A stretch of 64,000 nucleotides of DNA from the IMG/VR virus record IMGVR_UViG_3300028800_000009, positions 8,122 through 72,121 of that record. The stretch is one strand, 5' to 3'. Shown in pieces: positions 38,907 to 48,382 of this stretch (the first letter of the stretch is position 1; each line of letters begins with the position of its first letter). Source of the stretch: a virus. A program made the position numbers and the translations under genes. The notes beneath the pieces are model-generated. The model ran no database searches. It was given only the letters and a program-made list of their open reading frames with translations, and was not told where the DNA came from.

Positions 38907-39527
38907 TTAGTTTCCGACGATACTGGATAACGCCGACTGCTGTACCGGGGTCGCCCCGACGGCGACGACTATCCCACCATTCTGCTTATCGACCCCCGAC
39001 GGCGTCTTCGTCTGGGTAAAAGTCGGCGCTACGGCGATCCGTATCTGAACGAGCCAGACCTCGACGACGATGAGCCCAACACCGTTACTGCTCGCGCGCC
39101 GGAAATCCGCGTGGGTGATATTGACCGGCGAGAAGATCAGCTCGGGCGTTACAACGTCGTAGAGATTAAGGTCGCGGACGATCGCGAGGATCGAGGAGAG
39201 GAAAGCCTGGCGCTTCGCGTCCGAGCCCCCGCCCGAGAACGAGACCTTCACATCATACGGGACCTCAACCTTATTATAAGATTGAAATGCCCCCGCTTCT
39301 TGGGGATAGGTCGAGACCTCGTAATCCTGGCGAAACGCAAAATCGATCACGTTATCGGCTAAGACGACCGGGAGGCCGTTAAAGAAGATACCCCACTGAG
39401 AATCGGTCGATGGCGGTAGAAGGTCCGGCGTATCGGCGACGGCCAGCGGCGGCGGAAGTATGACCGGAGAACCGAATGGCCGGAGCAGCGGCGGGACACC
39501 AGGTAGGTTCGGTACGTTCGGACCCAC
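38907..39527 (-). CDS. Tail tube initiator/Dit-like protein
   Basis: STYPQEAGAFQSYNKV.P motif; follows the tape measure gene. Confidence 0.7.
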   Translation of the reverse strand: MGPNVPNLPGVPPLLRPFGSPVILPPPLAVADTPDLLPPSTDSQWGIFFNGLPVVLADNVIDFAFRQDYEVSTYPQEAGAFQSYNKVEVPYDVKVSFSGGGSDAKRQAFLSSILAIVRDLNLYDVVTPELIFSPVNITHADFRRASSNGVGLIVVEVWLVQIRIAVAPTFTQTKTPSGVDKQNGGIVVAVGATPVQQSALSSIVGN

Positions 39528-39528
39528 T

Positions 39529-41343
39529 TTAGTTCATCCCGTAATTGGCTTGCGTCACAAGACTATTTTGCCGGATCGCACCTTTTAAATCCCGCGCTAC
39601 ACCGGCCGCATCGGTCGCCTGGGTCGCGACGTTGAGTGTCCCGATATGGACTTCGCTCGAAGAACTCGACGTCGACCGGTTATCGTTCGCGACCGAGGAC
39701 GCCGCGGCGGCAGCCTGGGCCGACGGGGAGCCGATCCCGGCGAACGCGGCGCCTTTCCAACCATGCCAAGGCGACCAACCTCCCTTAGCCGCCTTATCGA
39801 GCGCGTAATCGATTTGAGCCTGAGTCGTCGACGGGTCACGCGCGTCGAGCCCGGTCGACTTCGTGAATTCGTCGCCGAGGCCGGAGACGGCCATTCCTCC
39901 GGAGGCGACGCCCCCGTAGTGAAGCTGATATGGCCCGAAGCTGGAGCCTCGATCGCCGACGTATTTGCCCAGGCCTTCGCTTCGCGCGACCTGAACCGCA
40001 ACGTCCGGATTGATACCGCGCTTTACCGCGGCTTGACGAATATAGGCTTCGGTATCGGCGGCCGAGGGAGCGGCGCCTGGTGTTACCGAAGGGGATTCCG
40101 GCGCGGCCGATGACCCGCCGCCGAATAAACCTTTAACGGCGTTCCAGCGATCTTTGGCCCACGTCAACGCTCCAGTGAAAGCCGATTTCATCGCCGCGAG
40201 AACTCTCGGTCCGGCATTCGTCAGGGCTTCGATAAAGCTCTCGATCTTGTCGTTTATATCCCCGAAGAGCGTCGTCCACGCTTTACGGATATCATCGGCC
40301 GAGCCCGAGAAAAGTGCCGCGATGAACGTAAAGAAATCTCCGAAGAGAGACTTACCGCCATCGATCCACGTCTTCCAGTCGTCGTATAGAAGTGCTCCGG
40401 CTGCGACGAGCGTACCGATCGCTGCGGCAACGGCGAGAATAGGTGCTAAAGGAGCGAGAAGCGCCACGGCGAACGCGATAGCAGCAGCCGCGAGCCCGAT
40501 GAACGCCGCCTCGATTAGCGGCTTATGCTCACGCGCCCAGACCGCGAATGACGTTAGCGCGTTCAAGACGCGAACGAGGACCGGCGTAACCGCTGTCAGG
40601 AGCGTGCGCCCGAGCGACGTCGAGGATTGCTGAAGCTCTCCCCACGCTTTCTGGAGCGCCGCGCCGGCCGCCGCGTCTTCCTTCGTAATGACGCCGAGCC
40701 GTTTCTGATCGTCGAGCAACCCCTGAACCGCCGCGCGGCCCTGGATCAAGATATTAATCGTACTAGCGTCGAGCCCGAGCGCTTGCCCGTAAGCCGCCGC
40801 GCGCGCCGGATCGAGCTTCGAGAACGCGTCGGCAAGATCGAGAAGGATCGCGCCGCTATCTCTCATCCTTCCGTTATTATCGGCAATCTGAACGCCGAGC
40901 GCGCGAAAGTAGGGGAGGACGTTCGATTCGCCCGTAACCGAGAAGAGCTGAAACTGATTGATGAGACCGCCGATCGATCCCGTGATCCCGGCGACCGAGC
41001 CACCCGTCAAGACCGCAAGATTGCGCCATGACGATAGGGCCTCGGACGTCGTATCGAATACCTTGGCGAGCCGTCCGACCGCTGCGTCAGTTGTCGCCGT
41101 ATCTTCGATAAAGTCCTTTAGCCCACGGCCGGCGGTGAAGGCCGCGAAGAGTGCAAGGACTTGAGTTCGAAGCTGGGAGATGAACTGCGCGGCGTTTTTG
41201 CCGGAACGCTCGATATCGGCACCCGTCTTCCGCGCGGCTTCGCCAGTCTTAATAAAATTCGCGGCGGCTTCCTTCCGACCCTTATCGAAATTCGATGGGT
41301 CCAAGCCAAGCGTGACGATAAGCGAGTCGATAACTGTCGGCAT
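39529..41343 (-). CDS. Tape measure protein with C-terminal lysozyme-like domain
   Basis: VIDSLIVTLGLD start; Ala-rich helices; YIRQAA..RGINP...ARSE...SFGPYQL. Confidence 0.85.
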   Translation of the reverse strand: MPTVIDSLIVTLGLDPSNFDKGRKEAAANFIKTGEAARKTGADIERSGKNAAQFISQLRTQVLALFAAFTAGRGLKDFIEDTATTDAAVGRLAKVFDTTSEALSSWRNLAVLTGGSVAGITGSIGGLINQFQLFSVTGESNVLPYFRALGVQIADNNGRMRDSGAILLDLADAFSKLDPARAAAYGQALGLDASTINILIQGRAAVQGLLDDQKRLGVITKEDAAAGAALQKAWGELQQSSTSLGRTLLTAVTPVLVRVLNALTSFAVWAREHKPLIEAAFIGLAAAAIAFAVALLAPLAPILAVAAAIGTLVAAGALLYDDWKTWIDGGKSLFGDFFTFIAALFSGSADDIRKAWTTLFGDINDKIESFIEALTNAGPRVLAAMKSAFTGALTWAKDRWNAVKGLFGGGSSAAPESPSVTPGAAPSAADTEAYIRQAAVKRGINPDVAVQVARSEGLGKYVGDRGSSFGPYQLHYGGVASGGMAVSGLGDEFTKSTGLDARDPSTTQAQIDYALDKAAKGGWSPWHGWKGAAFAGIGSPSAQAAAAASSVANDNRSTSSSSSEVHIGTLNVATQATDAAGVARDLKGAIRQNSLVTQANYGMN

Positions 41344-41344
41344 T

Positions 41345-41587
41345 TTACGTCGGCGACCTGTTGCGCTTCGCGATCACGTATTGATTGTGACTATCCACGC
41401 TGATGACCTCGATCATGTCGTAAACGTCCTCGACGCTATAGTGCTCGTCTAGGTCCCTAAGCGTCGCCTTACCGGCCGAGATAACGACGGCGAGCGCGCG
41501 GGGGACGTTTGTGTATTCGGCGAGACCGGAGATTGGTCTTGTCCCGCCGGCGGGGAATTTGACTTCGCGCCGGCGAGAGAAAAACCC
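41345..41587 (-). other. Programmed -1 frameshift extension (GT) of the tail chaperone
   Basis: G GGT TTT heptamer at 41587-41581; the -1 frame is open to TAA at 41347-41345. Confidence 0.8.
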
Positions 41588-41988
41588 GTGTGTAACTCGA
41601 ATATCTTCATCCTCAGAAAGAAGCGCGTCTTAACCTCCTCGATATCGGTCTCGACCATCGGACCGAGGCCGCCGACGCCGCGCCTAATCGCCGGGTTCGC
41701 CGGGTCCGGGACGACCGAGAGACATGAGGAGAACATCTCGTCCATCAACTCATAGACCGACTTATCATCGATCCCGGAGAGTGCCTTAAACCCCAAACGC
41801 GCAATGCCCTGCATGCCGAGGGACGCGACATCCTCGGGAACGTCGACGCCCGACCGCATCAGGGCTAAAAAGGCTTTCGTCGCCCAGCGTTCGGCCTGGG
41901 ACGCCGGCATTTCGGTTATGAAGAAGACTTTGTCGGCGTCGCGGCCTCCATCCTCTCCGATCTTTACTGGCTCTGTCTTTCGCCCCAT
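41449..41988 (-). CDS. Tail assembly chaperone (G)
   Basis: Between tube and tape measure genes; GRD..K.F.ITEM.A...E.WA. Confidence 0.8.
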   Translation of the reverse strand: MGRKTEPVKIGEDGGRDADKVFFITEMPASQAERWATKAFLALMRSGVDVPEDVASLGMQGIARLGFKALSGIDDKSVYELMDEMFSSCLSVVPDPANPAIRRGVGGLGPMVETDIEEVKTRFFLRMKIFELHTGFSLAGAKSNSPPAGQDQSPVSPNTQTSPARSPSLSRPVRRRLGT

Positions 41989-42013
41989 AGGTTCCTCCCT
42001 TTGGGATTAAGCG

Positions 42014-42442
42014 TTACGCGAGCGCTGGAATAACCCTTTCCCACGTGATCGAAAACTTCTGGGGCTCCAAAAGCTTCTTCGCCTCCGGCAGCGGCTGGTA
42101 GTCCGTGAGAAACCCCTTCCGCAGAGTCCACTTCTTACCGAGCGTCGGTAAGAGGATGAGGCCCGAGGCCGTAAAGACGTCCTGGGCTACTTGTTGGGAA
42201 GCCCACCACGTGTCGAAGATATTGATCGAGTCCGAATCGGCCTGGAGCGTATAACCCTGAACGACTTCGACGTAGACGAATCCGCCCGAGAGGAAACCGT
42301 CGACACCCATCCGGACCTCAGCCGACTTAAGGGACTGGGTACTATAGACCTCGTCGGCTGCGAACTGCTGAAGTTGCTGGGGGACGTCGAAGAGCCCGGG
42401 GACCGAGATCAAGATCGTCGCGTTGGCTGCTGTAAGGGACAT
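42014..42442 (-). CDS. Tail tube protein
   Basis: Follows the sheath gene; MGVDG.LS.G, LQADS.S. Confidence 0.8.
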   Translation of the reverse strand: MSLTAANATILISVPGLFDVPQQLQQFAADEVYSTQSLKSAEVRMGVDGFLSGGFVYVEVVQGYTLQADSDSINIFDTWWASQQVAQDVFTASGLILLPTLGKKWTLRKGFLTDYQPLPEAKKLLEPQKFSITWERVIPALA

Positions 42443-42453
42443 ATCCGGCGCTC

Positions 42454-44193
42454 CTACTGCAACTCGACACTATCGAGGTTTATCTTCTGAACGCTCTGGC
42501 CATCCGCATAGAAGAACGTCAGCGGGGGCGAATCCCGCGCCTCCCTGGTTATCGGGTCCGCGTCCTGAAGGAGGAAGTAGTAGCCGACCTGCTGGATCGT
42601 CGAAGCGATATTCTTCCCGGCGTCGCCGTTCACCTCCGCGATTTGGGCCGCGGAGAGCGTCACACCCGCGCGAACTGCGCCAAAATTTAAGCCGGCATTA
42701 ATCGGGTCCGCCGCTGCTGCTTCGATAAGGCCATCTCCATAAACGTTATACGGAATCGACGGTGCGTTCCCGAGCAGTGTCATGAACGCGAGCTGGAAGT
42801 TGTTGTTCAGCCAAATTTCATTGATGTAGCTATCCATCCACTGGAACGGCCCGGAAACTTGCCCAGGATAGTTCTGAACGAAGTTCTGGTTCGCCGTCGC
42901 ATATGAGCCGTAGAAATTGTATCCGTTCGCGATAAGGTTAGCCGCAATCGATCCGTTCGTAACGGCCGGGGTCAAACCGGACTGAGTCCGAAAGGCCCAG
43001 GTAAACCGTCCGTTTCGGCGCGTGAAGTCGATCGAGGCGCCGACGCCGGCCGCGAACGCGGCGTGAAGAAGATCGGTCGGTTCCCACTGGAGATACGTAC
43101 CGGAGATAGAAGATTGAGCAATGAGGTAGCCGAGCGAGCCTGTCGCGGGGACTGTATTCGTCGGGCTCGCGTCGGTATCCCACGCGATATAGGCGTAGCG
43201 ATTATTTTGCGTCCCGTTCCACTGGGCGAAGAGGAGTTTTTGCGTATTCCCCGATCCGTTATCCGGATCGAACGTAGTCGTAAACATCGCCCAGTCTTGT
43301 GTGACCTCCGTCAAGAGCGTCATAAATACGGCCGGCGTCGCCGCCGCCGCGCCCTGGGAGACGACCGCGCCGGTCGCGGAGGTAAGAAGGATCGAAGCTG
43401 CGAGCGTACCCGTCGCGAAGGCCGCAGTCGAAGGGATGCCGGTAATACCGGAGGTGCAAACAAACGCGCCCGAGACGCTATCGAATGTAAAGACAGGGGC
43501 GGTCGCGGAGGCCGTCAATACCTCTCCGGAGACGACGGTCGAGGACTGTGATAGCGAGTACGTCCCGGCCGCGCCGGTCGAGCCCGTAAGCTGGGCCAAA
43601 ATAATCGAATTAGCTGTAACGCTCGACCCGGTAACAGTCTGTCCGGGCGCGAAGACCCCGGTAATCGAACCGGCGACCGTCATTACGGTTCCAGCGATCG
43701 TACCGAGCGAGCACGTCGCCTCGGTCGGTTCGCTGCCCGTCAATGCCGAGTTGATGATCGTCGCGGCCGATGAAAAGCTCGTCGCGGCCGATAGGCTAAC
43801 AGTCCCAGCGTTATGGGTGTAACCGTCCATCACGATCGAGAGTGTACCGCTAAGCGCCTGGAGCTGAAGGAGCGTAAGCCCGGTAATATTCCCGCCGCGC
43901 AGATACGCGGCGACCGCCGTCGTATTGTACTGGGCGAAGAGCATCGAGCCCGGCTTCTTCGGCGAGTTATCGAACCCGGCAAAATATTTCGACGCATAGT
44001 TGAATTCGTTCGACGAGAGCCCGAAGAACGAACCGACGTCGGGTGCGTCGACGAAGCCCGATACGGTCCCGATCGGGACGCGCGCAGAGGTCGTCAAAAA
44101 CAGCCCGATGATATCGAGCTGATCGCCCCCCGCCGATAAAACGCTCGGGTTGACCTCAACGATCTGTGAAGCGGGTATCGTCTGTGCTACCAC
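42454..44193 (-). CDS. Tail sheath protein (DUF3383-like)
   Basis: IPASQIV.VNPSV, ANGYNFYG.YA, IPYN..G, R.SP....FY.DG. Confidence 0.9.
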   Translation of the reverse strand: MVAQTIPASQIVEVNPSVLSAGGDQLDIIGLFLTTSARVPIGTVSGFVDAPDVGSFFGLSSNEFNYASKYFAGFDNSPKKPGSMLFAQYNTTAVAAYLRGGNITGLTLLQLQALSGTLSIVMDGYTHNAGTVSLSAATSFSSAATIINSALTGSEPTEATCSLGTIAGTVMTVAGSITGVFAPGQTVTGSSVTANSIILAQLTGSTGAAGTYSLSQSSTVVSGEVLTASATAPVFTFDSVSGAFVCTSGITGIPSTAAFATGTLAASILLTSATGAVVSQGAAAATPAVFMTLLTEVTQDWAMFTTTFDPDNGSGNTQKLLFAQWNGTQNNRYAYIAWDTDASPTNTVPATGSLGYLIAQSSISGTYLQWEPTDLLHAAFAAGVGASIDFTRRNGRFTWAFRTQSGLTPAVTNGSIAANLIANGYNFYGSYATANQNFVQNYPGQVSGPFQWMDSYINEIWLNNNFQLAFMTLLGNAPSIPYNVYGDGLIEAAAADPINAGLNFGAVRAGVTLSAAQIAEVNGDAGKNIASTIQQVGYYFLLQDADPITREARDSPPLTFFYADGQSVQKINLDSVELQ

Positions 44194-44205
44194 GTCTTAG
44201 CTCCT

Positions 44206-45024
44206 CTATCCTATCGGGCTTTCGCCGATGGTAAACTGGCCGATGGCGCTCGGCGACGGGCCGCCGATGGGGGATACGCCGATAATGAAGTTGCCGATCG
44301 CGCTCGCCGATCCCGGCGTCGGCGTATCGGCTAAGACGAGTTGAAGCGTAACCTTCGAGAAGAACTGGAGCGGAATATTCATAACCGTTTGGTCCGCCTG
44401 TATAGCCAACTCGACGATCCACCGCGTTTCGATTTGATCGTTCTCATTCCGAAACGGAATCTGCCGCGGTGTATCCGCGTAAAGCGGCGTTACAGGTAGA
44501 TCGAATTCCGCGAAAGCGTCTACGGCGTACCCATCGCGAAACAGCGTCGATATGATCTGGACGTTATCGGCCGACGCAGGGCCGTGAACGTCGAGTTGGA
44601 AGCGAAGCTCGGTCTCCTGCATCACGTTGAGGACTCCAGCAGCGAGTAAGAGAGGGCCGATAGCCTGGGAAACGCTTACGCCGTATAGACCGCCCCCTTC
44701 ATCGGACGCGATAAACGTATTCGGCGCGATCCCGATCCCGAAAACTTGGGTCCCAACCTTGATAACGCCAAAGTTAACTTCCGATACCGTCATCGTTTGG
44801 CCGGCGATCGAGCCGGTGAAGAGGACGTCGATATAATTATCCTTATTCGTCGCGAGACGCGGCCGGCGAATGCACGTAAATACGACGAAGTCAGCCCCGG
44901 TCGGTTCAGGCACGAGGTTATCCTGGCCCTCGAATATCTCAACGCCAAGCGGGAGGACCCCGGCGAGGAACGACCTTAAGATCGTCTGGACGTCGGACTG
45001 GGATGGCGAGACCGAGAACGGCAC
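44206..45024 (-). CDS. Neck/tail terminator protein
   Basis: GQDN.VPEP, QLDVHG, PLYAD.PRQ; precedes the sheath gene. Confidence 0.75.
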   Translation of the reverse strand: MPFSVSPSQSDVQTILRSFLAGVLPLGVEIFEGQDNLVPEPTGADFVVFTCIRRPRLATNKDNYIDVLFTGSIAGQTMTVSEVNFGVIKVGTQVFGIGIAPNTFIASDEGGGLYGVSVSQAIGPLLLAAGVLNVMQETELRFQLDVHGPASADNVQIISTLFRDGYAVDAFAEFDLPVTPLYADTPRQIPFRNENDQIETRWIVELAIQADQTVMNIPLQFFSKVTLQLVLADTPTPGSASAIGNFIIGVSPIGGPSPSAIGQFTIGESPIG

Positions 45025-45028
45025 GGAC

Positions 45029-45367
45029 CTACCGGTAGTAGAGAACGTCCAGGGTCGCGGAACCGGTCACCGGTATAAACTGGAGCGCGGAGATCGTCCC
45101 GTAGTAGACGAACGGGAGGCCATTCGTCGTAACCGGGAGCGTTACGCCGACCGTAGCCGAAGGAGCAACACCATCGTCGCGAAACCGTACCGCGTTGCCG
45201 CTAACCGTGATATAGGCTGCGCGCGCTCCGGCCGCGGGGACCGTAAGACTCTGGACCGTCGAGAATGACGCGATCTGCTGATAGCCCGTCGGGACGAGCG
45301 CGTACGGGATATCCGCGCGCGCCGGGAGCGCAACGAGGAGGAACGCGAGGAGGACGAGCCTTTTCAT
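45029..45367 (-). CDS. Small signal-peptide protein in the neck operon
   Basis: MKRLVLLAFLLVALPARA signal; VRFRDDG..P motif. Confidence 0.7.
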   Translation of the reverse strand: MKRLVLLAFLLVALPARADIPYALVPTGYQQIASFSTVQSLTVPAAGARAAYITVSGNAVRFRDDGVAPSATVGVTLPVTTNGLPFVYYGTISALQFIPVTGSATLDVLYYR

Positions 45368-45377
45368 AGTATCCCCT

Positions 45378-45758
45378 CTAAGGGTTCTGGAGCGTGACGG
45401 CCGCCTTAGCCCAGTCCGGCCACTGCTCCAGCATGAGCGCGATGAGCCAGGTCCCGGCGTTAGGAGGCGTCGTGATCTCAAAGAGGTCGCCGCCCTTCAA
45501 GAGCGATCGAACGACGCCGTCGGCGCGATCGTAGATGTAGAGCGCGCGCCGCGTGCCATTCAGGTTTAGCCCCTCGACCTGGACGAGGTCTTTATAGGTA
45601 AGGGGTTGGACCTGGAGCCTGACGCTGACCGGCGCGGCGTAGCTCGGCGTCCGCTTCCCAGGGGCGCCGGTCACGTACCCCGAGCTGGCGAGGTACGTCC
45701 CGAGGATATGGGGGTTGACTGAGCCTATCGCGCCGGAAACAAGACTGTGGAGGTTCAA
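45378..45758 (-). CDS. Head closure protein
   Basis: NLH..V.GAI..VNP, QVQPL, GGD, E.WPDW. Confidence 0.75.
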   Translation of the reverse strand: MNLHSLVSGAIGSVNPHILGTYLASSGYVTGAPGKRTPSYAAPVSVRLQVQPLTYKDLVQVEGLNLNGTRRALYIYDRADGVVRSLLKGGDLFEITTPPNAGTWLIALMLEQWPDWAKAAVTLQNP

Positions 45759-46387
45759 CCCCTGATCTCATAGACGTAAGTGGACGTATCGAGCGCGGTC
45801 CCGGCGACCGTAAAGCCCGTGCCGGCCGTGATCGTCTGGATCGCAGGGATCGCCCCGACCGTGCCGCCAACTGTCTTGAGCGTGATCAAGACGTTTGAGT
45901 TCGCCGTAATCCGCGCGTCGGCGACCGTCACAGGCGTCGCCCCGTTGGCGACGAAAGACCCCGACTTCGGGAAGTAGGCCTGGCCAATCGCCTGCATCGA
46001 AAGCGCGCTCGCGCCGGTAACGGTGACGAGATACTCGATCCACGAGTTCGCCGGGACGACGGTCGCGCCCGTAACCGTAACGCCGGTACCAGCCGCGAGA
46101 GTCGCGGCGAAGACCCCGTTGTTGACGTAGCGATAGACCCACGAATAACCGAGCGCCGGTTTGACGGGCGCGAGCGCGGCGACGATGTTCGCCGCGGTAT
46201 CGGTCGTATCCGTGAAGACCGCGGTCTGTGTACCACCGCGGAGCGTCAGCCCTCCGACGATTCCGGCTGCGGAGATCGTCGCGGCACCCACCGTATTGAG
46301 CGCGACGGCGGCGACGGCGTTAAGATTAAGAAAATTGTTGAGGTTTACGTCGCCGAGCTGCGAACTCCACAGGACTGGGAGCTTCAT
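45755..46387 (-). CDS. Virion decoration/accessory protein
   Basis: A/T/G/V-rich, beta-strand-like; good RBS; in the structural operon. Confidence 0.6.
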   Translation of the reverse strand: MKLPVLWSSQLGDVNLNNFLNLNAVAAVALNTVGAATISAAGIVGGLTLRGGTQTAVFTDTTDTAANIVAALAPVKPALGYSWVYRYVNNGVFAATLAAGTGVTVTGATVVPANSWIEYLVTVTGASALSMQAIGQAYFPKSGSFVANGATPVTVADARITANSNVLITLKTVGGTVGAIPAIQTITAGTGFTVAGTALDTSTYVYEIRG

Positions 46388-46397
46388 TTATTTTCTC

Positions 46398-46841
46398 CTA
46401 TCTGACGCGGTGATCCGCGCTGTTAATCATGTGGGACGAATCGATCAGCGGCTTATCGAAACCCTTCGCCTTGATCGTGGATTCTGCAAGCGGCGGATCA
46501 CGGAGGTCCGCTATCGACTGTTTGAGCTGCCCGACGATCCCTTCACCGACGAGATCGAGTGCCTTCGCAGCGTCGTAATTATTCGCAACAAGGTTCAGAG
46601 CGATTGCCTTCGGCCAACTCGGACTATTCTCCGCGATCATGTTGCGGAAGTACGGCCGGGGCGGCTGGCCGTGCGAAGGAACTCCGAATTCGTTGAAAGC
46701 CGCTACCTCCGGGACGCTCGTCCCATCCGGGTACGTCGCGCCTTCGAGGAAACCGACGTCGACGGCGGCAGCACGGTGAACCTTCTTCGAGATTTCAGCG
46801 AGCGCGGCGTCGAGTCGGTTGCCGCCTTTGAGCTGTGCCAA
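46398..46841 (-). CDS. Neck/tail completion protein
   Basis: VGF.EGATYPDG, NEFG, PPRPYFR, KPLID. Confidence 0.8.
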   Translation of the reverse strand: MAQLKGGNRLDAALAEISKKVHRAAAVDVGFLEGATYPDGTSVPEVAAFNEFGVPSHGQPPRPYFRNMIAENSPSWPKAIALNLVANNYDAAKALDLVGEGIVGQLKQSIADLRDPPLAESTIKAKGFDKPLIDSSHMINSADHRVR

Positions 46842-47163
46842 CGGAAGCCTCCTTCAGCGGCGCCTCGGGCGCGGGTTTCTCTAATGCCCTCTCGACGTGA
46901 GCCTTCGCCTCATCGGAGGTCGCGTATTCCCCGACCGGGACGCGTTTGCCGCCGAGCATTAACGCCGCGATCCACGGCGCCTTAGCGCCGAGGCGGCGTG
47001 CGATACCGTAGCGTGGCCTCCAAACCGGATTCTTCTCTTGGCGGAAGACGTCCTGATAGACCTCGCCCACGATGAAATCGCCATCCATCGCGAGATAGGC
47101 GCCCTCGCCCTTGTGGACCGCGAGCAGCTCGTCGGAAAAGCGGTTCTTCCACGTGATAGCCAT
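46795..47163 (-). CDS. Hypothetical protein
   Basis: Inserted in the structural operon. Confidence 0.5.
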   Translation of the reverse strand: MAITWKNRFSDELLAVHKGEGAYLAMDGDFIVGEVYQDVFRQEKNPVWRPRYGIARRLGAKAPWIAALMLGGKRVPVGEYATSDEAKAHVERALEKPAPEAPLKEASVGTAQRRQPTRRRAR

Positions 47164-47168
47164 AGAGC

Positions 47169-47390
47169 TTACCTCTTATAGTGTCTGCGGTTGCGGTTGA
47201 CCTTCTTGCAGCAGCCCCTTTTGGAGATGGCGGATAGGCCCGCGTGGTATTCGGCAGCGCGGAGGATATCCCTAGCGACGATCTCCGGCGCGAGCGGGCC
47301 GCCCCCGATCAGCGGCGTTACCGCCACGGTCGGGCAGCGCGTTACCCCGCGCTTAAGGATATGCTCGGCGATCTGCTCCTCGTCGGTCAT
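47169..47390 (-). CDS. Small hypothetical protein
   Basis: MTDEEQIAEHI..RGVTRCP, coupled to the upstream stop. Confidence 0.55.
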   Translation of the reverse strand: MTDEEQIAEHILKRGVTRCPTVAVTPLIGGGPLAPEIVARDILRAAEYHAGLSAISKRGCCKKVNRNRRHYKR

Positions 47391-47851
47391 CGCCGACGGA
47401 AGAACGGCGAGAGCGAGCCGTCGAGGATCGGGCGCCGCGGCGGCGGAAAGTAGGTCGCGGTCCGGTAGCGGAGCGTCGACGCGTAGTACTCCGCGCCATA
47501 GGGGCTCTGATTCCACCACGCCTCGGTCGGTGTCGCCGGGACCGAATATTCGAGCGTGGCGTTGACCGACCCTTCGGTCGCCGCCGAGACTCGGCCGACC
47601 GCGCCGCGCGGCTTCCCGTCTGGTCCGGGAGCAAACAGGAACGCCATGTGGGAGACGGCAAGGTTAAGGAGGATCGTCCGTTCGAACGTATCCTGAATTA
47701 CGCTCGACGGCGTGTTATCGACCATCCCACCAATCGTCACCCGGTTGAAGAATGACTGGGCCTGGAGCGCGGAGACGGAGGCAAACTCGGGGTACTGGGA
47801 GACCCAGGCCGCGTAATCGAAGACGACAACCCCCCCACAAGGCTGGGTCAT
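47387..47851 (-). CDS. Head-tail adaptor (DUF4054-like)
   Basis: YPEF, VGRVSAATEGSV, WWNQSPYG. Confidence 0.85.
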   Translation of the reverse strand: MTQPCGGVVVFDYAAWVSQYPEFASVSALQAQSFFNRVTIGGMVDNTPSSVIQDTFERTILLNLAVSHMAFLFAPGPDGKPRGAVGRVSAATEGSVNATLEYSVPATPTEAWWNQSPYGAEYYASTLRYRTATYFPPPRRPILDGSLSPFFRRR

Positions 47852-48369
47852 TCGACTGCGGCGATCTCCGCCGCGCCGTCAACCTCGATTTCGGTAAACT
47901 TGATCGGGCTATCGTCGGCAGTCTTCAGCTCGAACTTCTTGTTCATCACGGGGAGTTTGTTCGGGTTCAGCCGTTCGAGCCCGGTCGTGACCCCGACGCG
48001 CTCGCGCGCGGCATCCCGGAGCTTCCCGACGGCCGAGTAAGCGATGATCATCCCTTCCCGGACGGCCGGGAGGTATTTCCCGGTCTGGTCCATCCACTTA
48101 TCCCAGAGGTCCTTTGGAACGCCGTGAGTAACCGCGAACCCGCCGACGATGAGGCACCGCGGCCCCTCGTTCTGGGGATGGGCCGGACCGTTTAGGACGA
48201 ACGGCTCCCCGACGGGAAACGCCTGCCGGACCGTGCGGTGGCCGCCGAGCGTAACCTCCTCCATCTCCCGGAACTCATGGAGCTGGAGCGTGAAGCCCTG
48301 GGGAATCTTGCACCCAACCGCGACGGTATCCGTCCCGGTACGGGGCTTGGTCTGCGGAACTGCCGACAT
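47848..48369 (-). CDS. Conserved protein downstream of capsid
   Basis: V.CKIP.G..L, TGLERL.P. Confidence 0.75.
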   Translation of the reverse strand: MSAVPQTKPRTGTDTVAVGCKIPQGFTLQLHEFREMEEVTLGGHRTVRQAFPVGEPFVLNGPAHPQNEGPRCLIVGGFAVTHGVPKDLWDKWMDQTGKYLPAVREGMIIAYSAVGKLRDAARERVGVTTGLERLNPNKLPVMNKKFELKTADDSPIKFTEIEVDGAAEIAAVE

Positions 48370-48382
48370 AGAGTACTCCTTT

